From: Anaeromyxobacter sp.
GTDB taxonomy: Bacteria; Myxococcota; Myxococcia; Myxococcales; Anaeromyxobacteraceae
Direction: 5' to 3'
Assembly (NCBI GenBank): GCA_049840735.1
Contig: JASGJN010000012.1
Coordinates: 1-64,000, forward strand
Length of the DNA: 64,000 bases
Shown: positions 54,351-64,000 of the stretch, piece by piece
How the letters are laid out: the number at the start of each line of letters is the position of its first letter
How positions within the stretch are numbered: position 1 is the stretch's first letter
Made by a program: the position numbers and the translations under genes
Notes under the pieces: model-generated
What the model was told of the DNA's origin: nothing
The model's input: the letters and a program-made list of their open reading frames with translations, nothing else
Databases searched by the model: none

Positions 54351-54721
54351 ATGAGCGAAACGATCACGGTCACCATCGCCCCCAGCCGGACCGCGTGATC
54401 CTGGCCACGACGGCGACGCACGACGTTCTCAAGGCTGTCCTCGGACCGTCGCGCCGGTCTCATCCGAGAGCGGCGGCGACGTTGCTCGAGGGGCTCGCCC
54501 TCTGGCATCAGCAGCCCCTCTCCGTTGTGCTGTCTGCGGACGCCTCGGACGATGGTACCGCGCTGGGCCTCTGCGACGCGCTCGGGTTTGGACGCTCGCT
54601 CCACTACGAGGTCGCCCTCGCGTACGCGGATCGCTGGCACGGGCGCCGACGACGTGATCGTCGAGGGCTCGGTGACTTCCGCGACCTGCGCCAGCTCTCG
54701 TTCTGGGAGGCGTCGCGATGA
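54351..54721 (+). pseudogene. Accessory hypothetical ORF upstream of istA, frameshifted
   Basis: MSETITVTIAP / DRVILATTATHDVLKAVLGP...HPRAAATLLEGLALWHQQPLSVVL...GLGDFRDLRQL; stop overlaps the istA ATG. Confidence 0.6.
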
Positions 54722-55070
54722 CGGTGAGCATCGCGACCGCCGCGAGATCCGGCGGCTCTACTTCGCCGAGCATTGGAAGCGCGGGACGATTGCCGCCCAG
54801 CTCGGGGTCCACTTCGACACCGTGGCGCGCGTGCTCGGCAGCTTCGGCCCCAAAGCCGGGACGCCAAGGCCCGAGGCTCGCGTTCTCGAGCCGTACGTCG
54901 CGTTCGTCGATGAGACGCTCGCGCGTCACCCGCGTCTCGTATCCACCCGCATCCACGACATGCTCGTCGAGCGCGGCTACAGCGGCAGCCTCCGCACGCT
55001 CCGTCGTACGTTCGCGCCAGTCGGCCAGCGCCGCGCAACGAGGTCTACGTGCGCGTCGAGTCCCTCAGCA
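54718..55070 (+). pseudogene. istA: IS21 transposase IstA, N-terminal fragment
   Basis: EIRRLYFAEHWKRGTIAAQLGVHFDTVARVL...LEPYVAFVDETLARHPRL...RIHDMLVERGYSGSLRTLRR; lost before the DDE core. Confidence 0.8.
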
Positions 55071-55336
55071 GGCGGTGGCTCACGTGAGCTTGTTGCGCGA
55101 TGTGGGCCGAGCTCGTGGTCAAGAGTAGCAGCGCACGAGAAAGGCAAGGTCAGCGCATCCGCATAGCCTCGGCCTCGCTCTCCATAGCTGGGCCACGTCG
55201 TCACACGTCGTCCCACAATTCGTGCGTCCCAGCCTCAGCGTGGCTCACGCACGTCGCGAGGCGAAGGCGTCCCCGCCAGACATCGAGCAGCTCTCACATA
55301 AATATCAAAAGAGTAATAGGGGCAGAGAGAAAAAAA

Positions 55337-55552
55337 CTTCGGGCGCTCCTCGTAGGAGCGGAGACTTGTCGTTGACTTGCTCCGCTCGCAAGCTTCAACG
55401 GGGCCGCTCCTCGTGAGGAGCGGAGAGGACGACGGCGGCATGACGAGGCGCTGCTGCTTCAACGGGGCCGCTCCTCGTGAGGAGCGGAGAGGCCGCGCTC
55501 CCCACCGCGAAGCGAAGAAGCGATGCTTCAACGGGCCGCTCCGTAGGAGAAG
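55337..55552 (-). CRISPR. CRISPR array segment 2, same repeat
   Basis: Perfect repeats 55392-55427 and 55456-55491; degenerate copies at about 55337-55364 and 55525-55552; spacers about 27, 28, 33 nt. Confidence 0.85.
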
Positions 55553-57022
55553 GCGCTCAAAAAGTCCGACTACTTCAAGAAGAAGTCGAAGGGGGTCTAC
55601 CGGCCCGACGCGGCCGACCGCGCCCCGTCCTTCTCCCGCGAGCCGGCCTCGCGCCACGTGGACGCGCCGCTCCCGTTCACCTTCGACGCCGAGGCCTGGC
55701 GCGGGCGGATCCGCGAGGCCACCGCCCGCTTCCGCGATCACCCGGAGATCTTCGACGCCGAGGTGGAGCTGACGGCGGAGCGGCAGGTGCGCTGGTTCAC
55801 CTCCAGCGAGGGCTCGGCCCTGATCACCGAGCAGGCCGTCTACAACATCCACCTCACCGCCGTGACCCGCGCCCCCGACGGCCAGCTGCTGGAGGACGGA
55901 CGCGACTGGTACGCGCCCACCGAGGCCGGCCTGCCCGCGCCGGCGCAGCTGGGCGCGGCGGTGGATCAGGTCATCCAGGAGCTGGTGGCGCTGCGCCAGG
56001 CCCCGGCCATCGACCCGTACACCGGGCCGGCCATCCTCGAGTCCGAGGCCGCCGGCGTCCTCTTCCACGAGGCGCTCGGCCACCGGCTGGAGGGGGAGCG
56101 GATCGACGACGACCAGGACGGGCAGACCTTCCGGGGCCAGGTGGGCCAGCGGATCCTGCCGCCCTTCCTGACGCTGGTGGACGATCCCACCCTGGCCACC
56201 CTCGGCGGCCAGCCGCTGAACGGCTTCTACCGCTTCGACGACCAGGGCGTGCCGGGGCAGCGCACCGTGCTGGTCCGCGACGGGAAGCTCGAGGCCTACC
56301 TGCTCTCGCGCAAGCCGGTGGCGCCGTTCACCCGCTCCAACGGCCACGGCCGCGCGCAGGGCATCCGCCGCCCGGTGTCGCGCATGTCCAACCTGATCCT
56401 CACCTCCACGCGGCAGGTGCCCGCCGCCAGGCTCAAGCAGCAGCTGATGGAGGAGGCGCGCCGGCAGGGCAAGCCCTTCGGGCTCATCATCCGGGACATC
56501 ACCGGCGGTGACACCAACACCGCCTCCTACGGCTACCAGGCCTTCAAGGGGACGCCGCGGCTGGTCTACCGCGTCGACGCGAAGACCGGCGCCGAGCAGC
56601 TGGTGCGCGGCGTGGAGCTGGTCGGGACGCCCCTCTCCAGCGTCAACCGGGTGCTGGCCACCAGCGACCGGGCCCAGGTGTTCAACGGCTACTGCGGCGC
56701 GGAGAGCGGCTACGTGCCGGTCTCGACCGCGGCGCCCGCCGTGCTGGTGCAGGAGCTCGAGCTGCAGCGGGTGGCCCGCGCCAGCGACCGCAGCCCCATC
56801 CTCCCCGCCCCGTGGACCGACCAGGGCGGCGGGTCACGATCTGAACGGGGGCTGCGCCCCCGCCCCGCCAGCAGAGCTGTCGGGGCCCCACCCCTGCTGC
56901 GGCGGAGCCGAGCGCGCCGCGGCCTGTCGGCCTTGCGCGCCATCCGCCGCCGAGGGGCTGCCGCCCCTCCCCTGGCTTTCGCCGGGGCCCCCACCCCGTT
57001 TCGGACCAGCGAGCGACCGTAG
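55553..57022 (+). pseudogene. TldD/PmbA-family protein, C-terminal part; true stop may be near 56844
   Basis: Frame resumes AL..SDYFKKKSKGVYR; GVLFHEALGHRLEG (HExxxH), DDQGVPGQ, SNGHGR, SRMSNL, LVRGVELVGTP, FNGYCGAESG. Confidence 0.85.
56845..56998. repeat. Diverged third copy of the dispersed palindromic element
   Basis: ACGGGGGCTGCGCCCCCGCCCC...GGGGCCCCACCCCTGCTGCG resembles 57530-57586. Confidence 0.55.
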
Positions 57023-57053
57023 CCCGCGTCCGCCCCTTCCGCCAGGTGACCCC

Positions 57054-57530
57054 GTGAGCACGCCCGTCCCCGTCCCGCCCCTCGACGCCCTGCTCGGCCA
57101 GCCGCGCCGGGCCGCCCTCGACGCCTTCGCGCGCGCCGGCTGGCGGCCCTGGGCCACGCCCATCTCGCTCGACGCCGGGCTGCGGCGGCGGCTCAACATC
57201 GATCTCTCCGAGCCCGAGGTGGCGCTGCTGCGCGACGAGGCGCTGGCGGCGGTGGCGCACCTCGAGACCGATCGCGAGGGGCTGGTGACGCACGTCGAGG
57301 TGGTGGGGGCCGACCCGGCCGACCCCGTGGCCATCGCGCTGGCGCTGCTGGGCGAGATCGGCCCGCCCCGCACCGGCGGCAACGCCCAGGCGCGCGAGTG
57401 GGTCTGGGGCCCGGAGTCGGGGGCCGAGGCGCAGGTGGCCGGCGAGCCGGTGCGACTCTGGATCTGCGCCGAGCGGGCCTACGGCGACCGGCTCTGGCTC
57501 ATCGCCAGCCTGGTGCGGCGGGCATCGTAA
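57054..57530 (+). CDS. Hypothetical protein
   Basis: Strong GC3 bias from GTG 57054; its TAA lies within the adjacent repeat element. Confidence 0.6.
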   Translation: MSTPVPVPPLDALLGQPRRAALDAFARAGWRPWATPISLDAGLRRRLNIDLSEPEVALLRDEALAAVAHLETDREGLVTHVEVVGADPADPVAIALALLGEIGPPRTGGNAQAREWVWGPESGAEAQVAGEPVRLWICAERAYGDRLWLIASLVRRAS

Positions 57531-57703
57531 CGGGGACTGCGTCCCCGCCCCAGGAGCAAAGCTCCTGGGGCCCCACCCCTGCTGCGCTGGGTCCCGCCGC
57601 GCTGCGGCCCCAGAATCATCAAGCCAGGGGAAGGGGGCCTTGCGCGGCACCCAGCGAGGAGGGGCGCTGCCCCTCCCCCGCGCTGCGCGCGGGGCCCCAA
57701 CCC
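57527..57703. repeat. Dispersed about 175-bp palindromic element, copy 2 (inverted relative to copy 1)
   Basis: GTAACGGGGACTG...CCCCAGGAGCAAAGCTCCTGGGGCCCCACCCCTGC... is the reverse complement of 16316-16491 with substitutions. Confidence 0.8.
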
Positions 57704-57705
57704 CC

Positions 57706-58656
57706 TCAACCCGCCCCCGCAACCCCGCCACGCGCCGCCGGCACCCCGCACAGCCTGAGCAGCAGCGGCGCCACCGCGGTCAGGTCGGCCACCGCCGCCA
57801 CCTCCGCCGCCGCCCGGCCGAAGCCCAGCACCGGCACCCGGGCCAGCGTGTGGTTGCGGGTCGAGAGGTCCTCGACGTTGCCGTGGTCGCTGGTGACCAG
57901 CAGGGCGTCGTCGGGCCCGAGGCGGTCGAGCAGCGCGCGCAGGAAGCGGTCCAGCCGCCCCAGCGCCTCCAGCGCCCGCCCCATGGCGCGGGCGTGGCCC
58001 GCCTCGTCGCTCTCGAAGAACTCCAGCAGGACCAGGTCCTGCCCGGCCCCCAGCGCCGCCAGCAGCGCCCCCGCCTCCTCCGGCGTCCGCAACGGCACGC
58101 CGGCGCCGTACCGCCGGGCCCGCTCGCCGGTGAGGTCGTGGGTGAGCCCGTCGCCGGCCCGCGCGTCGGCCCAGGTCCGGAACCGGCCGCCCCCAGCCGC
58201 GTAGGCCACGGTGGTGGCGGAGGCCCGGGCCCTGCGCCGCCCCTCCAGCGCGAACTCCGGCTCCCCCTCCGCCGGCAGCCCCAGCGCGCGCAGGTAGGCC
58301 ACCGGGTAGGCGTTGGCGAAGAGCGCGCGCCGCCCGGCCGCGGCCAGGGCCGCGAAGACCGAGCGCTCGGCCAGGAGCGCCCGCAGCGGCGCGTTGGGGT
58401 AGCCGAGCAGGTGCCGGCCCAGCGCGGCGGGCGCGTTGGCGCCGGTGAGGAGGGTGGCCTGGCCGGTGGCCGACTGCGGCCGGCCGGGCACGCCCAGCGT
58501 GGCGTCTGCCAGCGCCCAGCGCCCGCCGTGAGGCAGCGGCGTCCCGCCCCCGTCTGCGAACCGGGAGAGGAGCAGGTCCTCCCGGGCCAGGGGGTTCACC
58601 TCGGGGTCGGGAGCACCTGCCCCTACCCCGTCCACGAAGACGAAGAACACCGTCAC
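57706..58656 (-). CDS. Alkaline-phosphatase-superfamily metalloenzyme (phosphoglycerate mutase / phosphopentomutase-like)
   Basis: FVFVDGVG, PQSATGQATLLTG, DEAGH, VTSDHGNVED, NHT. Confidence 0.85.
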   Translation of the reverse strand: MTVFFVFVDGVGAGAPDPEVNPLAREDLLLSRFADGGGTPLPHGGRWALADATLGVPGRPQSATGQATLLTGANAPAALGRHLLGYPNAPLRALLAERSVFAALAAAGRRALFANAYPVAYLRALGLPAEGEPEFALEGRRRARASATTVAYAAGGGRFRTWADARAGDGLTHDLTGERARRYGAGVPLRTPEEAGALLAALGAGQDLVLLEFFESDEAGHARAMGRALEALGRLDRFLRALLDRLGPDDALLVTSDHGNVEDLSTRNHTLARVPVLGFGRAAAEVAAVADLTAVAPLLLRLCGVPAARGGVAGAG

Positions 58657-58767
58657 GGCGGGATGATAGGCCAGCCGGGCCGCGGGCGCCCGCCCCCGCG
58701 CGTTCTCGGCGCGACGCCGGACCCGGCCGGCGCTATCCTCCGCGCACCTCTCGTCCGGATCTGCCCC

Positions 58768-60052
58768 ATGCGCCTCCGCGACTTCCCCACCGACGTGACC
58801 ATCACCTTCGACGGGCAGCCGGTGCCGGCGCGGCGCGGCGAGAGCATCGCCTCGGCGCTGCTGGCGGCAGGCAAGCCGCTCGTGTCGCGCAGCGCCAAGT
58901 ACCACCGGCCGCGCGGCCCCTTCTGCCTGGCCGGCACCTGCGGCAGCTGCCTGGTCCGCGTGGACGGGCTCCCGAGCCAGCGCGCCTGCAAGACGCCTTG
59001 CGCCGAGGGGCAGGTGGTGGAGTCGCAGAACGGGCTCCCCGACGCCGGGCACGACGTGCTGGGGGTCATCGACACCGTCTACGCCCACGGCCTCGATCAC
59101 CACCACCTCATGACCTGGAGCGCTCTCGCCAACCGCTTGACGGTCGCCGCCTCCCGCGAGCTGGCCGGGCTGGGCAGGCTCCCCGCCGCGGCCGCCCTGC
59201 CCCCGCGGCCGGCGCCGCCGGAGCGCGAGGAGCGCTGGGACGTGCTGGTGGTGGGCGCCGGCCCCGCCGGCCTGGGCGCCGCGGAGCGGCTGGTCGAGGC
59301 GGGCCGCCGCGTGCTGGTGGCCGAGGCCGAGCCGGCCGCCGGAGGCCGGCTGCGCTGCCGGCTGCCGTGGGACGGCCAGCCCGGGCTGGACTGGGTGGAG
59401 GCGGTGCGGGCGCGGCTGGCCTCGGGAGGCGGCGAGCTGGCGGTCCGCACCGCGGTGCTGGGGCTCTGGCTCGACGGCGGGAGCCCGCTGGCGCTGCTGG
59501 CGCAGGACGGCGCGCCCACGCGCCTGCGGCTGGTGCGGCCGGGGCGGGTGGTGCTCTGCAACGGCGGCCACCCGCTGCCGCCGGCGCTGGAGGACGGCGA
59601 CCGCCCGGGCGTCTTCGGCGGGCGCGGGCTGGCGCTGGCGCTAGCCGAGCACGGGGTGATCCCGGGCCGGCGCGCGGTGGTGCTGGGCGCGGGCCCGGAG
59701 CCCGCCGCGCTGGCGGCGGCGCTGACCGCGGCCGGCGTGGCCGTGGAGCAGGTGGCAGAGGCCGCCGGCCGGATCCGGGGCCGGGCGCGGGTGCGCGGGC
59801 TGCGGCTGCCGGACGGCCGGACCGTGCCGTGCGACGTGGTGGCGGTGGCCACGCCCCCGGCGCCTGCCACGGACCTGGGCCGCGCGCTGGGGGCGGCCCT
59901 CACCTTCGACGGCGGCGCGCAGGCCTTCGCGCTGCAGGCGGACGCCGCCGGGCGCACCACGGCGGAGGCGGTGCTGGCGGCGGGCGAGGTGACCGGGGCG
60001 ATGGACGCGCGGCAGGCGGCCGACTCCGGCCGCCGCGCCGGGGAGGCGGCCC

Positions 60053-60060
<8 letters not shown>
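58768..60060 (+). CDS. 2Fe-2S / FAD oxidoreductase, sarcosine oxidase or proline dehydrogenase alpha-like
   Basis: [12 protein letters not shown]...[22 protein letters not shown]...[24 protein letters not shown]. Confidence 0.85.
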
Positions 60061-61541
<1,481 letters not shown>

Positions 61542-61583
61542 GGGCATGCTGCCCCTCCCCGCGGGTGCCATGCTCGAAGACGG

Positions 61584-61622
61584 CCGTTCGCCCTGAGCGC
61601 AGCCGCGGCGGAGTCGAAGGGC
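61584..61622. repeat. REP-like palindrome, copy 2
   Basis: CCGTTCGCCCTGAGCGCAGCCGCGGCGGAGTCGAAGGGC. Confidence 0.65.
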
Positions 61623-61752
61623 GCCCCTCCCCCGCTGCGCGGGCCCCCTCCCCGCTCTCCACGCTCCCTCCGATCGCTGGGCCCCGCGGCGCCTCGCCGC
61701 GATATCGGACCGGGACCGCGCGCGGGCGGCGGTTTGCGGTGAAGCTCCGGCC

Positions 61753-62583
61753 ATGTCACTCGGAAAGAAGATCGCCTTCCTCGGCTCCGGGAACATGGCC
61801 GAGGCGCTGGTGAAGGGGCTCCTGCGGGCCGGCATGGCCGAGAAGGACGAGGTGCTCTGCGCCGAGCTGCGCAACGAGCGCCGCGACGAGATTGCCAGCC
61901 GCTACGGCGTGCGCGTCACCGACGACAACCGCGCCGCCACCGAGGAGGCCGACATCGTCGTGCTCTCGGTGAAGCCGCAGAGCATGGACGAGCTGCTGGA
62001 GGAGATTGCCCCGGCCATCGACCACCGCAAGCTGGTGATTCCGATCGCCGCCGGCATCCCCATCGCCGCCATCGCCCGCAAGCTGGGCGCCGGCGTGCGC
62101 ATCGTCCGGACCATGCCCAACACCCCCGCCCTGGTGGGCGCCGGCGCCACCGCGCTGGCCCGCGGGGCCCACGCGACCGACGCCGACCTTGAGCAGGCCC
62201 GCGCGCTGTTCCAGGCCGTGGGGATCGCGGTGATCGTGGAGGAGCACCACCTGGACGCGGTGACCGGCCTCTCCGGCTCCGGCCCGGCCTTCCTGTTCCT
62301 GGCCATCGAGGCGCTGGCCGACGGCGGCGTGAAGGTGGGCCTGGCCCGCCCGGTGGCCATGGCGCTGGCCGCCCAGACCGTGCTCGGCTCCGCCAAGCTG
62401 GTGATCGAGAGCGGCGAGCACCCCGGCCGGCTCAAGGACCAGGTCACCAGCCCCGGCGGCACGGCCATCGCCGGCGTGCACGCGCTGGAGGTGGGCGGGC
62501 TGCGCGCCGCGCTGATCGCGGCGGTCGAGGCGGCCACCCGCCGCTCCCACGAGCTGGGCGAGAAGGCCGCGAAGAAGGACTGA
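61753..62583 (+). CDS. proC: Pyrroline-5-carboxylate reductase
   Basis: FLGSGNMA, SVKPQ, RTMPNTPALVG, TGLSGSGPA, VTSPGGT. Confidence 0.96.
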   Translation: MSLGKKIAFLGSGNMAEALVKGLLRAGMAEKDEVLCAELRNERRDEIASRYGVRVTDDNRAATEEADIVVLSVKPQSMDELLEEIAPAIDHRKLVIPIAAGIPIAAIARKLGAGVRIVRTMPNTPALVGAGATALARGAHATDADLEQARALFQAVGIAVIVEEHHLDAVTGLSGSGPAFLFLAIEALADGGVKVGLARPVAMALAAQTVLGSAKLVIESGEHPGRLKDQVTSPGGTAIAGVHALEVGGLRAALIAAVEAATRRSHELGEKAAKKD

Positions 62584-62585
62584 AC

Positions 62586-63020
62586 GTGCGCCTCGCTCCC
62601 GCCCTGTCCGTCGCGCTGGCGCTGGCCGGCTGCGCCTCCACCAAGCCGGTCGGCCGGCTGCGCGTCGATCCGGCGCCCGCGGCCGACGCCGCCGGGCTCA
62701 CCGACGTGGAGCAGCGGCTGGTCCGCGCCGTCTCCAGCGTGGGGGCGGAGCGCGGCCTCTTCTGCCGGCCGTTCGGCGGCTCGGTCCTGCTCTCGTGCAC
62801 CGCCGCGGCGGTCAGCAACCTGAGCGCCACGCTGGAGATCGAGCTGGTGCGCGCCGGCACCGGCTACGAGGTCTCGGTCGACCAGGCCATCCTGCTGGCC
62901 GGCCGCGACTCGCCCATCTGCGCCGTGGAGAAGCGCCTGGCCGACGCCATCGACGCCGAGCTGGGCTCGCCGCGCGCCCACACCGACGTCCACAGCACCT
63001 GCCCGCCGCGCAAGCAGTAG
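62586..63020 (+). CDS. Hypothetical lipoprotein
   Basis: Lipobox LAGC; starts 2 nt after proC stop. Confidence 0.65.
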   Translation: MRLAPALSVALALAGCASTKPVGRLRVDPAPAADAAGLTDVEQRLVRAVSSVGAERGLFCRPFGGSVLLSCTAAAVSNLSATLEIELVRAGTGYEVSVDQAILLAGRDSPICAVEKRLADAIDAELGSPRAHTDVHSTCPPRKQ

Positions 63021-63167
63021 CCGCCTCCCGCCGCCCTCCAGCCGCCCCACCCCCTGCCCGCCCGCGCGCAGGGTGGGCGGGGAGCCCTTGCCGCTCCTCT
63101 GAGGGGCTCGCACATTCGGACGACGACGCGGACGGGATCTTCCGCCCCACTCGAACCGGGAGCGTGC

Positions 63168-63347
63168 ATGGCAGATTGGGGCAAGGCACAGAAGGGCCGG
63201 GACATGACGGTGCGGGAGGCCGGCCGCCTGGGCGGTGAAGCCCGCAAGGAGCAGCTGGGGTCGAAGGGCTACTCGGAGCTGGGGCAGAAGGGCGGGCAGC
63301 GGGTCCGGCAGCTCATCGAGGAGGGCAAGCAGGCCGAGCGGAAGTGA
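63168..63347 (+). CDS. KGG-motif / GsiB-Em-like small stress protein (59 aa, not in ORF track)
   Basis: MADWGKAQKGRDMTVREAGRLGGEARKEQLGSKGYSELGQKGGQRVRQLIEEGKQAERK; GGAG RBS. Confidence 0.8.
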   Translation: MADWGKAQKGRDMTVREAGRLGGEARKEQLGSKGYSELGQKGGQRVRQLIEEGKQAERK

Positions 63348-63427
63348 TGCCTCCCGGGGCGAGGCCCGGCGGCGCGCCAGCGTCGCGAGCCTTGTCCGGC
63401 GGGTGGGGCGGTGCGAGAAAGGGGGCC

Positions 63428-64000
63428 ATGCGCCACCTCCTCGCCTGCACCGCCGCGACCCTCACCCTCCTCGCCTCCGCCTGCACGCCGCGCGCGGTGG
63501 TCCCCACCGCCGAGCAGGAGCGCGTCCAGAAGGAGCTCTCCGGTCAGCAGCGGTACCTGCGCGTGGCCGCGAACGTCGGCCCGCTGTGGGGCGACACGCG
63601 CAAGCTGCTGGTGGCCGACCAGCCGGCCGCGGAGATCGACCTGGTGCTCTCGCCCGGCGGCGACGTGATCGCCCCGCCGCGGTTCGACCGCGTGCTGCGG
63701 CCGGGGACGCCGGTGCGGATCGAGTCGGTCGAGTTCCCCGCCGGCTGGCTGATCGCCGAGCGCGTGGTGACCACGCCCCGCTACCACCCGTGGGTCTACG
63801 TGCGGCTGCCCGGCGAGACGCGGCCAGGCGTGCTGGTGCTCTCCCAGACGGTCGAGACCTTCGACGACGTGCGCGGCGAGCTGGAGCGCATGCTGACGGC
63901 GGACGATCCCTCGGCCGCCTTCAACTCGCTGGCGCCGGAGTACCGCAACGCCATCCTGCGCAAGGAGGCGATCGAGGGGATGAGCCCGGCGGCGCTGGAG
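63428..64000 (+). CDS. Hypothetical lipoprotein, runs off window
   Basis: MRHLLACTAATLTLLASAC lipobox; open frame with GC3 bias to the window end. Confidence 0.65.
   Translation, partial: MRHLLACTAATLTLLASACTPRAVVPTAEQERVQKELSGQQRYLRVAANVGPLWGDTRKLLVADQPAAEIDLVLSPGGDVIAPPRFDRVLRPGTPVRIESVEFPAGWLIAERVVTTPRYHPWVYVRLPGETRPGVLVLSQTVETFDDVRGELERMLTADDPSAAFNSLAPEYRNAILRKEAIEGMSPAALE

Larger units (their letters stand above)
53805..55070 (+). mobile_element. IS21-family element remnant: left end, two accessory ORFs and 5' part of istA; no istB
   Basis: Begins TGTGATCGGCCA inside a repeat; contains an IstA-like N-terminus. Confidence 0.75.

Noticed and set aside
53805..55070. CRISPR-associated transposon (CAST)
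   Set aside because: No TnsC/TniQ, IstB or Cas effector is present; only a truncated IstA

Overview
High-GC chromosomal DNA whose gene content (MYXO-CTERM-type protein, PilZ and Ser/Thr kinase genes, rnr, hemB, purD/E/H, proC, lptF/G, tRNA-Ala) points to Myxococcota, probably an Anaeromyxobacter-like organism (inference). Most of the window is housekeeping genes plus a surface-polysaccharide cluster (about 23.7-32.7 kb and 49.2-52.7 kb). Four things stand out. (1) A cas-less CRISPR array (36-bp type I-G/I-U-like repeat), split by an IS21-family remnant, sits inside an otherwise continuous TldD-family gene (53162-55552); it is either an intragenic CRISPR-carrying mobile cassette or an assembly chimera. 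(2) An HNH endonuclease gene is bracketed by direct repeats (four 41-bp tandem units upstream, one copy at its 3' end), with a hairpin-rich leader and a neighbouring 22 x 16-bp G-rich satellite. (3) A CUAEP-tail radical SAM gene has an in-frame UGA followed by a SECIS-like hairpin (predicted selenoprotein). (4) At least 13 apparent frameshifts fall at or beside GATC motifs, suggesting methylation-linked long-read errors rather than real pseudogenes. All calls come from reading the sequence; no database searches were run.
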